The notes under the pieces: model-generated
What the model was told of the DNA's origin: nothing
The model's database searches: none
The model's input: only the letters and a program-made list of their open reading frames with translations
Program-made: the position numbers and the translations under genes
Origin: Chrysemys picta bellii
Lineage: Eukaryota
Reading direction: 5' to 3'
Length of the DNA: 64,000 nucleotides
NCBI RefSeq assembly: GCF_011386835.1
Contig: NC_088810.1
Location: 24,180,001 to 24,244,000 of the forward strand
Part shown: positions 12,786-23,600 of the stretch, one piece after another
Layout of the letters: each line of letters starts with the position of its first letter
Position numbering within the stretch: position 1 is the stretch's first letter

Positions 12786-14924
12786 GGCCCCGGAGCGGCT
12801 GGAAAGGCCTCTCCTGCTCCCTGTGTTCCCCTCGGGGGGGCGCACGGCCCGGCAGGAGTCTCGGCCTGCCTCCGAAAGCGAGGGGAGGGAGTGTCCTCCG
12901 CGAGCAGCGTCTGCCCTGCAAATGCAAAACAGACATCAGCAGACCCAACCGTGGCTGGCCAGCCGCCCCCTCCCCCCCCGCCCACTGATGCCACAGGGGG
13001 ACCAACGCACCCCGTGCTCCAGAGGCTCTCATTCTCGCTGGCACCGTGGGCCGGGCTGAGCCATCCTCCAGTTCAGCTACGGGTTTAACCCTAGCCCCAG
13101 AACAGCTGCTCCAGGATGGCCCCGCCGGTGCCACGGGGCTCAGGGGAGCCGCGCAGGGCGGCTGGGACGGGGTTCCTAGCTGCGGGGGTTTCCCCAACAC
13201 AAGACAGGGCACCAGCCCCTTTTGTCAGGTGCTGCCCCAGAAGAGGCCATCTAGGAAGGATGCCCCCCCAGAGCAGGAACAATTAACGACCCAGCCCGAG
13301 TTCCCCCCCCGCCAGGCCAGGAATGGATGAGCTTAATACACTTCCCCCCACCCCCCCAATCTCCTAGCAAATCTCACACAAGTACTCTTGTTCTTCTTTT
13401 TTAGCAAATCTCAGCTCCCAGGCACTTCCGACCTCTGGTTACAGCATGTGACTCATCCCGTTCCCAGCACATTCCTCCTGGGTGAGGCTGCCCTGCAGGA
13501 GACCAAGGGGCCTTAACCCCCTGCCCCCAAGGTAGGGCTGGCACCAGCTGGGGCAAACAGACCCTGCTAACTCCTGTGGGGCGCACCAGGGGGAACTTGG
13601 CCCCTTGTCTGGGAAAAACCCAGAACAAGGAGATTTCAGGATGCGCGCCCTGACCCAAGCCAGCAGGCATTTAGCAGGAGGGCTGGGATCCCAGCCTGTC
13701 CTCAAGCTAGCTGGGAATTTCAGGACTCCAGTGACCCAGGAAAGGAAGCCCACATGCCCGCCCGGATTTGCCCGAAGTGTCCTGAGCAAGTTCGGGCAAG
13801 TTCTCCAGGGTGCAAAGCCAGCGCCGGCTCTGAGCTCTCCCAAGTCATCCAGCCAACAACGCTGGGAATTTTGAACCCTCTCCCACCCCCAGACAACCAA
13901 TGGACTTAAGATCAAAGTTCCCTTGGGAGTATTTATAAGCGGGTTTGCAGGGCACAGGCTGGTGTACTTCCTAACGAGCGGGGTACGGCTACCCCGAGAG
14001 AGGGGCAGCAATTCCAAAACATCCGGACAGGATGGGAAAGGCACGGACCTGTCTCCACTCAGTGAAACCTTCACTCTTCCTCACCGCATGCTCCGGCAAG
14101 GGCTGCCACCCGGGACAGGCCACGTACAGCACTTCGTGGCTCTCCATAGCTTCGCCCGCATCACCTCCTGGCAAGAGCTCCGCCGTGCCCATCCCCACAG
14201 GAGCGGGACCCACTCCTTGGTTGGCCTTAACTACTACGTCACATGTGCCTTGGGAGGGCACCGCACTTAAGCGGTGTTAGCCTGTTTCATGGAGAAACTG
14301 AGGCACAGAAAGGCAGCGGCCCAAACGCACAGGGCATCAGGCCTTCCCGGCTCCCAGTGTTCACCCCACCCCTGACCCCACAGCAGCGCCACCTTCTCCC
14401 AGCCCTCCTCAGTACCAACAACATCTAGTTATCATGACTGATGTGATGTGACGTGATGGGGGAGCCATCACCCCCTACAGCTGGGGGGGCTTTCCCGAGG
14501 GTGACCCTAGGTGCCAACAGAGAAGTCCAGGAGTCCCCCGTCCCGCTCGGAGCCCCTGAAAGCTGTTCATGCCCCCCCGGGGCGCACAGCCCAGGGGAGA
14601 ACTCCTGGCCTGACCCAGCTCGAGTCCGACCTGGCACCACTGCCCGGAACTTCGCCTCTTCCGGAGATCACACGCTGCGCTTCTAAAAATACCCGTCCCC
14701 GGAGAGCGAGCGACCGGCTGGTCCCGTGGGCGAACCCGGAGCGCAGCCATGCTGGACAGGCTGGGTCAGCCGCTACCAAGAGCCCCGGGCTGTCAGGGGG
14801 CCCCCGCAAGGCCAGGAGGGGCAGGTTTTTAGCAGCCCTGGGCCGGCAGCACAAACACAGACTGGGCGGGGGGGCGTACCCTCCCCCCCACCCGTAGAAA
14901 ACCAACCCAGACCCAGCTGGAGAG

Positions 14925-15480
14925 CAAGCGGGGGTGGGGGCATGCGGGCCTGGGGGGTCCTACAGGGTCTGGCCCTGGGGTGCAACCAGGGCGCAGGGGG
15001 AGGCTGGAAGGGGGGGGCGACTGAACGCAGGGGGAGGCTGGAAGGGGGGGGCGACTGTGGAGAGGCTGGAAAGGGGGGTCCGGCTGGGGGGGGCTGGGAG
15101 GGGGGGCGGCTGGAAGGGGGAGGGGGCGGCTGTAGAGAGACTGGAAGGGGGGGCCTGGCGGGGGGGGGCTGGGAGGGGGGGCTGTGGAGAGGCTGGAAAG
15201 GGGGGTCCGGCTGGGGGGGGCTGGGAGGGGCGGCTGTAGAGAGGCTGGAAGGGGGGGTCCGGCTGGGGGGGGCTGGGAGGGGCGGCTGTAGAGAGGCTGG
15301 AAGGGGGGGCCCGGCTGCGGGGGGGCTGGAAGGGGGGGCGGCTGGAAGGGGGAGGGGGCGGCTGGGGGGGGCGGCTGTAGAGAGGCTGGAAGGGGGGGCC
15401 CGGCTGGGGGGGGCTGGGAGGGGGGGCTTGGCGGGGGGGGCAGGAAGAGGGGGGGCCCGGCTGGAGAGGGGGGGCCGGCC
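14925..15480. repeat. G-rich degenerate minisatellite (GGCTGGAAGGGGGGG / GGCGGCTGTAGAGA) in SLC39A1 intron 1
   Basis: Many G4-G8 runs in tandem; source of the low-complexity ORFs 14726..16015 and 14829..15695. Confidence 0.85.
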
Positions 15481-15563
15481 CTGCCCTGCCGCCCCAGGCC
15501 CGGGAACGGGGCTCCTCGCCGGGGGCGGGACTCAGGCCCGGCCCGGGGGCTCCCCCCGCCCGG

Positions 15564-15700
15564 ACTCACCTTCGCTACTTTGTCTCCGGGCCCAGTGCGG
15601 GCTGTGGCTGAGCGTTCGGAAGGGGCGTGGCCGGAGAAGCGCTTTCCGCCAATGGGGAGGCGGAGGACCGGCGAGTGGCATCGCACAGGGGCCAATGAAA
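15564..15700 (-). promoter_or_regulatory. Putative non-coding first exon and promoter of SLC39A1, probably shared head-to-head with CREB3L4
   Basis: Strong minus-strand donor AAG|GTGAGT at 15570/15569, GC box GGGGCGTGGC 15622-15631, CCAAT at 15649 and 15692, CpG-rich. Candidate matching acceptor TTTTGCATTTGCAG at 12916. The head-to-head layout is known in human. Confidence 0.6.
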
Positions 15701-15771
15701 AGCAAGGCGATCCAGAGCCCGCCCCCCCCTCACTGCCCCCCAGTCCAGGGGCAGCGTCCCCGTGCCAGGCC

Positions 15772-16049
15772 AGGCTCCATGTCTACACTAGGGGTAGTGA
15801 CCCTGCACACTCCTCATGGCACATGTGGGGTCCGCTCCCCGCACGCCCCAACAAAGAGCAGCGTGGGGGCGAGGGAGGTGGGTCTGTGCCCCACGCGGCT
15901 CTTGGTGCGCCCGAGCCAGGCACAGGGTCCCGCTCCTTCGCCCTGCCAGAGCCTTTCACCTCCGGGTGCAGAGACCCACTGCAGGGCGGGCAGCCGGCTT
16001 TGCACCGGAGCCTGACCCCTCCACGCCACCGCCAGTGTGGACGAGGCCT
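15772..16049. mobile_element. Degenerate MITE with GTCTACACT...AGTGTGGAC terminal inverted repeats (Harbinger-like, by recall)
   Basis: AGGCTCCATGTCTACACT at the left end and AGTGTGGACGAGGCCT at the right end; no clear TSD. Confidence 0.45.
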
Positions 16050-16260
16050 AGGCAGAAGGTGCACTGCTAACACGTTTACATCCCAGTGCGGACACGGCTG
16101 TTGGAGCGCCCAGCCCCTGCCAGCTAACCCGTGTTACGAGCGACAGCTGACAACGCCAAGTCCGTGCAAGCATGGCCCACCCCCACACCCTGGTCACCCT
16201 GTCCCGGGATAACTTCTCAAAGCTGCAGCCGGCCTGTTCCAAAATGTCAGGGAAGGCTCT

Positions 16261-16727
16261 AAAGGAACAGGAGGACTTGTGGCACCTTAGAGACTAACAC
16301 ATTTCTTTGAGCATAAGCTGTCGTGGGCTACAGCCCACTTCATGGGATGCATAGAATGGAACATATAGGGAGGAGACATATATACATACAGAGCGCATGA
16401 AAAGGTGGGAGTTGTCCTACCAATTCTAAGAGGCTAATGAATTAAGAGAAAAACAATTTGTAGTGATAATCAAGATAGCCCATTACAGACAGTTTGACAA
16501 GAGGTGTGAGGATACTTAACATGGGGAGATAGATTCAATATGTGTAATGACTCAGCCATTCCAGTCTCTATTCAAGCCTAAATTGATCGTGTCTAATTTG
16601 CATATTAATTAAAGTTCAGCCGTTTCTCGTTGGAGTCTGTTTTTGAAGCTTTTCTGTTGCAAAATTGCCACCTTTAGGTCTGTTACTGAGTGGTCAGAGA
16701 GGTTGAGGTGTTCTCCTACTGGTTTTG
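16261..16727 (-). mobile_element. Penelope-like retroelement 3' fragment (GIY-YIG endonuclease C-terminus plus 3' end)
   Basis: The minus strand translates to PKPVGEHLNLSDHSVTDLKVAILQQKSFKNRLQRETAEL*LICKLDTINLGLNRDW. The GGCACCTTAGAGACTAAC...GAGCATAAGC end is typical of reptile Penelope-like repeats; AT-rich island in GC-rich DNA. Confidence 0.85.
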
Positions 16728-17879
16728 GGTTTTTTAGGGAAGATTCTAGTCTTCATTGGACAAACCCCGGGTGATTCTGGAGAAAATCAGTGGGGAAATG
16801 GAGGATGCAGGGCCAGGGCCACCCAGGGGGGAACAGGACAGTTTTCCCCAGGCCCCGAAACCGAGCGGCATTGCGATCTGGCACGGGGGGTCCTGTGACT
16901 GGGCCAATCCTGAGCCGTGCTGCGACCCTGCGCACCAGGTCACGATGCCTGGAGCAGGAGCTGCTGCTGCAGGGGGTGTGTGGGGCTCCCCTAATCACAC
17001 CCCAACACTGGGGCCTTTCCCCTCAGGGGTCACTTTCTTGGCACGGTAGCGGGGGGCTTCAGTTGCAGATTTTGCCCCTGGGCCCTAAAAACCTCTGTAC
17101 GGCTTTGAGAGCCCCAGACAGCTAGTTAGCAAACCCAGCAGCTGATGGCCCCATAACACCTTCCAGCAACACCCTGCCCCTCAGCTCTGTCCTGACCCCC
17201 CCCCCCTGCTCGAGGGCAGCGCACTGACCCCTGAAGGACAGTTCCCAGCCAAAGGAAAAGAAGCAGTGATGGTGGGGGAAAGAGTGAGAGTGGGGGTAGG
17301 GGAAGCCTGTTCTTTGCTCTGCCTTGTTCCCCATCAGTAACCCCTGGGATCCGGGGCTTGTCCAGCCGTGAGGGGTCATAGGCAGAGCGTCATTTGGAAT
17401 GAAAGAGGCGCTGGGGCTATGAATTGCCAGCCCCAGAGGTGCCGGAGCTCAGCCCTGGAAGCCTCGATACACATTAAGCCCTGGTTTTAGGTGGCTGACC
17501 CAGTACCACTGCCCAGGTCTGATCCAGCCCCTCCGCCTGCCCCCCATTGGCTCCTGAATTACACCAGCCCAGTGGAGTGAGAGGAGGATCCGGCCCTGGG
17601 CAGGATCCTGCCAAGCCCGTCTGCATCCTGGGACAAAGCACTTTTCTTCGCACTGGCTGCACAGAGCTGCCTGCAGCCCCACCTCAGGTGGGTCAAGGTC
17701 CAACCTCCTCCACCTGCCAGCGAGCTGCTTAAAAGGGCAATGCCAGCCTTTCCCTGGCCCAGCCCGGGGCTGGCAGCTCAGTGCTGGCTAATGGGCCCAT
17801 CCGTGTGCCTGGGCTCTGCCAGATAGCGACCCCCCAGCAACTTCCCAGCACTGGTGTTGGTGCCCTCCCCTCATCCTCA

Positions 17880-18165
17880 TCTACTGTGATCTCATTTACC
17901 CCCCCCCCACGCCTGTCTATCCCTCCATCCCCTACACACCCATCACCTAGCTAGCTAGCTATCCATCCCCGCAAACTCCCCTCTGGCTATCCCTCCAGCT
18001 ACACACCCAGCATCTGTCTAAACTAACCTATCTAGCCCCCCACGCCCCCCATCTAACTACCCATCCCCATACACCCCCCAGCTATCTAGCTATCCATCCA
18101 ATCTAGCTAGCTAGACCCATACACCCCCCAGCTATCTAGCTACACTCCCCCCCCACACACACACT
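17880..18165. repeat. Low-complexity repeat (CTAGCTATCCATCCCC-like)
   Basis: Repeated CTAGCTA/TCCATCC/ACACCCCC motifs. Confidence 0.7.
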
Positions 18166-18544
18166 CACTGCTATTGTGTAACGATCATCCCCCCAGCTCT
18201 CTTCACCCCCACTAGAGCCAATGCACTTTGTAAATGGAGACTCAAAGCCCCAGCAGCCCTGGGGGAGCCAGACGGGGCTGGGGCCAGATTTTAGCAGGAG
18301 TGCGAATCAGATCTTGGTGAGATCTCCTGAGCCCTTCAGCGCGTCCCCTTCCTTCGCTAATGAGACGAAACTCCGCCGGGGCTGCCCCCCCCTCCCCCCC
18401 CCGCTGGTGCCACTTCATAGACTCCACTGACAGCCGGAATGTACCGGGGCGAGGTCAGCCCGAGTGAGCAGTTTGCACAAGCTACAAAGGACCCAGGGTT
18501 TGCTGCAGTAAAGTTACACTGATGGGACCAGCAATTTCAGCAGG

Positions 18545-19275
18545 GTGGGTCTGTGCGTGTGACACCAGAGGTGTGTGTGTGCCTGCGCATAAGACCCTGT
18601 GTGTGTGTGTGTGCGCGAGAGAGAGACCCTGTGTGTGCGAGATCATGTGACTCCACATGTGACCCTAAGTGTGTGAGAGAGAGAGAGACCCTGTGTGTGT
18701 GTGAGATCATGTGACTCCACATGTGACCCTGAGTGTGTGAGAGAGATCATGTGACTCCACGTGTGACCCTGTGTGTGTGAGAGACCCTGTGTGTGTGAGA
18801 GAGAGACACTGTGTGTGTGAGATCATGACACTCCACGTGTGACCCTGTGTGTGTGAGAGACCCTGTGTGTGTGAGAGAGAGACCCTGTGTGTGTGAGAGA
18901 GATCATGACACTCCACGTGTGACCCTGTGTCTGTGTGTGTGAGAGAGAGACCCTGTGTGTGCAAGATCATGTGACTCCACGTGTGACCCTGAGTGTGTGA
19001 GAGAGAGAGAGACCCTGTGTGTGTGAGATCATGTGACTCCACATGTGACCCTGAGTGTGTGAGAGAGATCATGTGACTCCACGTGTGACCCTGTGTGTGT
19101 GAGAGACCCTGTGTGTGTGAGAGAGAGACCCTGTGTGTGTGAGATCATGACACTCCACGTGTGACCCTGTGTGTGTGAGAGACCCTGTGTGTGTGAGAGA
19201 GAGACCCTGTGTGTGTGAGAGAGATCATGTGACTCCACGTGTGACCCTGTGTGTGTGAGCGATCACGTGACCCAG
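18545..19275. repeat. (GT)n/(GA)n-based minisatellite with GATCATGTGACTCCACGTGTGACCCT cores, upstream of the CREB3L4 coding exons
   Basis: About 11 core copies visible directly. Confidence 0.93.
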
Positions 19276-20638
19276 TGTGTGATTGGGCGGGTGCCTGCCA
19301 TGGACTAGTGCATGCCGGCAGGGTGGGTGGTGCTGCCGCCCGATGGGCTGGCCATGCCAGGAAGGATGCGGTCCCGGGTTAAGCGTGGGAGGAGGGACAC
19401 CATGAGGCTCCCGCAGGTCACTGGGCCAGGCTTGAGCTGCCCGAGCGCTGTAGCTGTCACACACACAGGACACCACAACCTGGCCTGTTTGCTTGTTCCC
19501 TCCCCGACCTGCCACCCCAGCCCGAGGGGCTGGGGAGAAATACGGGGGCTGAGCAGCACCAGGGGACAATGCGTAAGAAGGGGCACCTCGCACCGACGCA
19601 CCTCCCTTTGCCAGGGGGGCGCTGGAGAGCAACACCCACGGCCCTCTCCCCACAGCTCCTGCCCCCCTCTTTGCAGGGCTCCCCACACCCCAGGCATAGT
19701 CCTGGGGCTGCAGTCCTGTGTCTCTGGGCCCGGGGCCCTTGCAGGGAAATCCAGTCCATTGGCTGCCAACAGCCAGGCCCGAAGCCTCCACCCGCCACAC
19801 ACGCTGGCAGCTAAAGCCCCTGCCTCGGCCGGGTGCACTGGGTGCCAAGGAGCCCTTTGCCCTTTTAAGGCCCCGGGGTGGGCGTTGGCTGGGGCTGTCC
19901 AGGATGCCGGAGATCCTGGTCTGAAGCAAAAGGCTTCAGTGTTAGGTGCAACCCGTCTGTCTGGGTAACAACCTGCTCCCTGCAACACGGCGAAGGTAGG
20001 TTGTGCCGCATAGTCGCCCCAGGCCCAGCCCTGGGGGCCCCGCACCGGGCATGGAGCCCCCCGGCCACTCCCAGCCGGCGCCTGGCGCTCAGGAACCAGG
20101 GGATTATAGAAACGCAGCGATCAGCGGGACCAGGGACTGACTTCCCCAGGCACCTCCTGGGAGACACGCAGCTTCGCAGCCAGGGCTTTGTGAACCAGCA
20201 GAAAGTGTTTCCCGTGTGTGTGTGTACACGCGTGTGGCTCTGCACGCATGTTCACTGTGTGCGTGTGCACATGTGCCGTGGGAGTTTGCATGTACACTGC
20301 GTGTCTGGCTGTGTGGCGAGCGTGTGACCCACAGGTGCTCAGAGGGGTGCTTGGGGGGAGCAGCGCCGGGCCCTGCACTGCACATGACGGGCCCCGCTCA
20401 CAGACCACAGGTGAGACTTGTGCAGGTGAAATTCAAGGCCTTAGGGATGGGCCTGGGCGGCTCTGCCCTTCCCCCTGCACAGCTGGGCTGAATCGCTGGG
20501 TCCCCAGGGCGCAGCCTCCTGTGAGGGGATGCCCAGCCAGCCCTGCGGTGCGTGGGGTGCCTGGTGCTCTTGGGGCGGGGGGAGAGGGGCAGTGACACTG
20601 CCTGACCTGCTCTCTGTCTGTCTGTCTGTCCGTCCCAG

Positions 20639-23600
20639 ATGGGGGAGCCCGGCAGCCCCGCACTCCAGGCTGTTCTCTTCGAGCCGTTCCCCACCAGCAC
20701 CGTACCGAGCCCAGATCCCCCGTTCGCCCTCTCAGAGCAGGCTCCCGCCCTGGAGAAGGGCTTTGAGGAGTGGGCAGTCAGCGGGGGCAGCGTGAGTCGG
20801 AGGCCAAATGCAGGGGGGGGAGGGGAAGGGCAAGCCGGGGGCTCAGACACTCCCCAGGTCACCTGCTCTGCAGCCCGGGGGCAGGAGCAACATAGCCCAG
20901 GTCGTGGGGTCCGCGCTTCCCAGGGCCCTGCCCCAGGGCCTTAGCCCCATGGGGCCCTGCCTGCCTCCCTGGGGGGGTAAGGCTGGCCTGGCCCCTCCCT
21001 GCCTGGGGGATCCCTCTCTGCCAGCCTTCTAAGGCAGCCACCTCTGGGGAGGGAGCCAGCAGCGGTCCCACCACATGCAGCCAGGGGCCAGAGAAGGGTC
21101 CCATTGGGCTTTGGCCCGGGCAAGGGAGGTCAGGCCCCATTCGCGGCAGACGGGCCCTGGCATTGCCGAAAGCGCCAGCAGGCAGGGCCTGGGCGCCCCA
21201 GCCCCATTCCGAGGCCTAGCACCGCCCACCACCCCGAGGTGCCCCCTTCGGCTCCTGGGTGTCTCCCAGCCACATACCAGCCCAGCCTGGGCTGCCTCCC
21301 GTGCCGGGCAGGCCAGGGCTGCCGGCCCCAGCCAACGTCCCCGGTGCCCGTTGCAGGGGCTGAACGACAGTGAGCCCGAGGACTTCCTCAACGTGCTCAT
21401 CGACCCCAACGAGGTGTACAGCCCGGGCAGCGACAGTGGCATCTCGGACGAGCCCAGCTCAGCCAGCCCCCAGCCCAGCGAGGGGGCCCCCGCCGCCTTC
21501 TGTGACCAGAGCGCCCCCCTCAACAGCGACGTGGTCTCCATCCAGCTGGGTGAGCGCGGCGCGGGGCAGCCGGCCCTCTGCTGTCCAGGGCGGCTGACTC
21601 TGGGGCACGGATCACAGCAGCGGAGACGCCGGCGCTGGGCTCCCTGCCCCTCCCAGGCTGGTGTTTAGTGGGGGGGGGGAACTGCAGCCTTAGGGCGAGG
21701 GGAGTCAGTCGTCCCCCCGAATGCTCCACGCTGCCCCTTGTCCTGCCGATGGGGCGGGCCGGCGGAGATGAGCGCTCCCAGCGTGCAAGGGGGCAGCTTG
21801 AGACAGCCACGTTGCATGCTGGGAGCTCCCATACATGCCCCCCTGTCCATCCCTTCCACTGCCCCCCCCATCTCTCTGTCTGTCTGCTGCACTTTGTACC
21901 CCGGAGCCCCGACGTCACCCCAGGCCTTTGCCCCTCACCCCAGGAACAAGAATCAGCATTTGAGCCCCCGCCGGCCCCGAGCCCCAGCAGCTCCTCCCCC
22001 CTCCCAGCTGGGAACCAGAGAGGTGTGGGGGGGGGGCTGAGGGCAGCGTCTCAGGCCCCCACGCCCAGGGACGCTCGCCCAGGTGGAGGTGGGCCGTGGG
22101 GATGGGCCAGAGGAGCAGAATCCCCACTCAGTCCCGGCCTTAGCGCTCCCGCCCCGCCTTTCCCAGGCTGGGCACACGGGACGGGGCTCTGCCCCAGGGA
22201 AGCAGCCATCCCTGCCTCATCCCTGACCCCCGTGCTCTGTCTCTGGCCCCAGGTGACTGGTCGTCCCCCCTGCTGATCCCTGACGCCTGCATCGTGAATG
22301 AGCTGCCGTCTGCACCCCCGTCCGCCCTGGCCAGGCCTGGCACGGTGCCCATGGTGGTGAGCGCTGGGGACATGCAGGCAGCTGTGACCCTGGTGAGTCG
22401 GGTCAGGATCCCCTCCTCATGCTGGACTGTCCAGCGGGGGCTCGGCTCCCCCCTGCCCCCAGCAGCAAGGAAAACACTTGGTTTTCCCCTGGTCCCAGCC
22501 CCACGCCCCACGCCCCACGCCCCACGCCCCCCACCTGTAGCTGAGCAGCTGCCCACAGTGCCCGAGGTGCCGCCCGTTCCCCAAGCCCTCTCTAGGATCA
22601 GAGAGAGTCGTGCCCCTCCCCGGCCCAGAGGGATGGGGGGGGGGATGGGGGAAGGGGAGGGAGGACCCCGCCCCGGGCTCTGCAGAACGTGATTCTCTCC
22701 AGCAGCTGCAGTTCCCGGATCTGTTCCTGACGGACGAGGAGAAGCGGTTGCTCTCGCAAGAGGGGGTGTCCCTGCCCCGTAACCTGCCCCTCACCAAGGT
22801 ACAGGAGCCAGCGGGCGTGAGTGTGCGGGTGGGAGCCAGTACCGTCCGGAGCGTGCAAGGAGCGTGCAAGGAGCGTGCAAGCCTGCACGAGGGCACGGGA
22901 GCGTACCCATGTGCGCAGGCCCAAGAGGAGAGGGTGACTGCTGGTGCACGTTTGCAGGGCAGAGCCTGTCCACAGGGGAGCCCATCCTGCCTCAGGCATG
23001 CGGCCAGCAGGTTTTATGACTCACCAGCTCCACCAAGCCGGTGCAGCCGGCCCCAGGGCAGGGAGTGGCCAGTCCAGCGCCACCCACCTGGCCCTACCCG
23101 CCCCTGCAGGGCCTGAGGGCTGGGAGCCCTCCTCATGCCCAGGGCAGGCAGGGCTGCAGCCACAGAGAGGCTGTTAACCCCCAGGGCAGGGGAGCCCTGG
23201 GGAGGCTCAGACCAGAGACAAGAACAGGGACTTGCCCCCCCAAACCAGCTCCCTGCAGCTGGGACCCCTGAAGCCTGGGGGGACATGAGCTGCGCTGCTG
23301 GAGGGCAGGGGGAGACGCCCCGGTGAGATTTCAGGCGGCGTCTGCCCCCCAGGCCGAGGAGCGACTCCTGAAGAAGGTGCGGAGGAAGATCCGGAACAAG
23401 CAGTCGGCCCAGGACAGCCGGCGGCGGAAGAAGGAATATATCGACGGGCTGGAGAACCGGTGAGAGCGGGCCCCACCCGTGCACAGACCCCACCCGTGAG
23501 GGCACTGCCGGCCCTGCTCAGAGCCAGACACCGGAGCATCCCCCACTGCCGAGCTGACCCTTCTCCGGCAGAGCCTGTGCCACGGGCACCAGGTGTCTGG

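Noticed and set aside
9200-15700. Metal-response elements (TGCRCNC) around SLC39A1
   Set aside because: The heptamer is common by chance in this GC-rich DNA and shows no promoter-proximal clustering.
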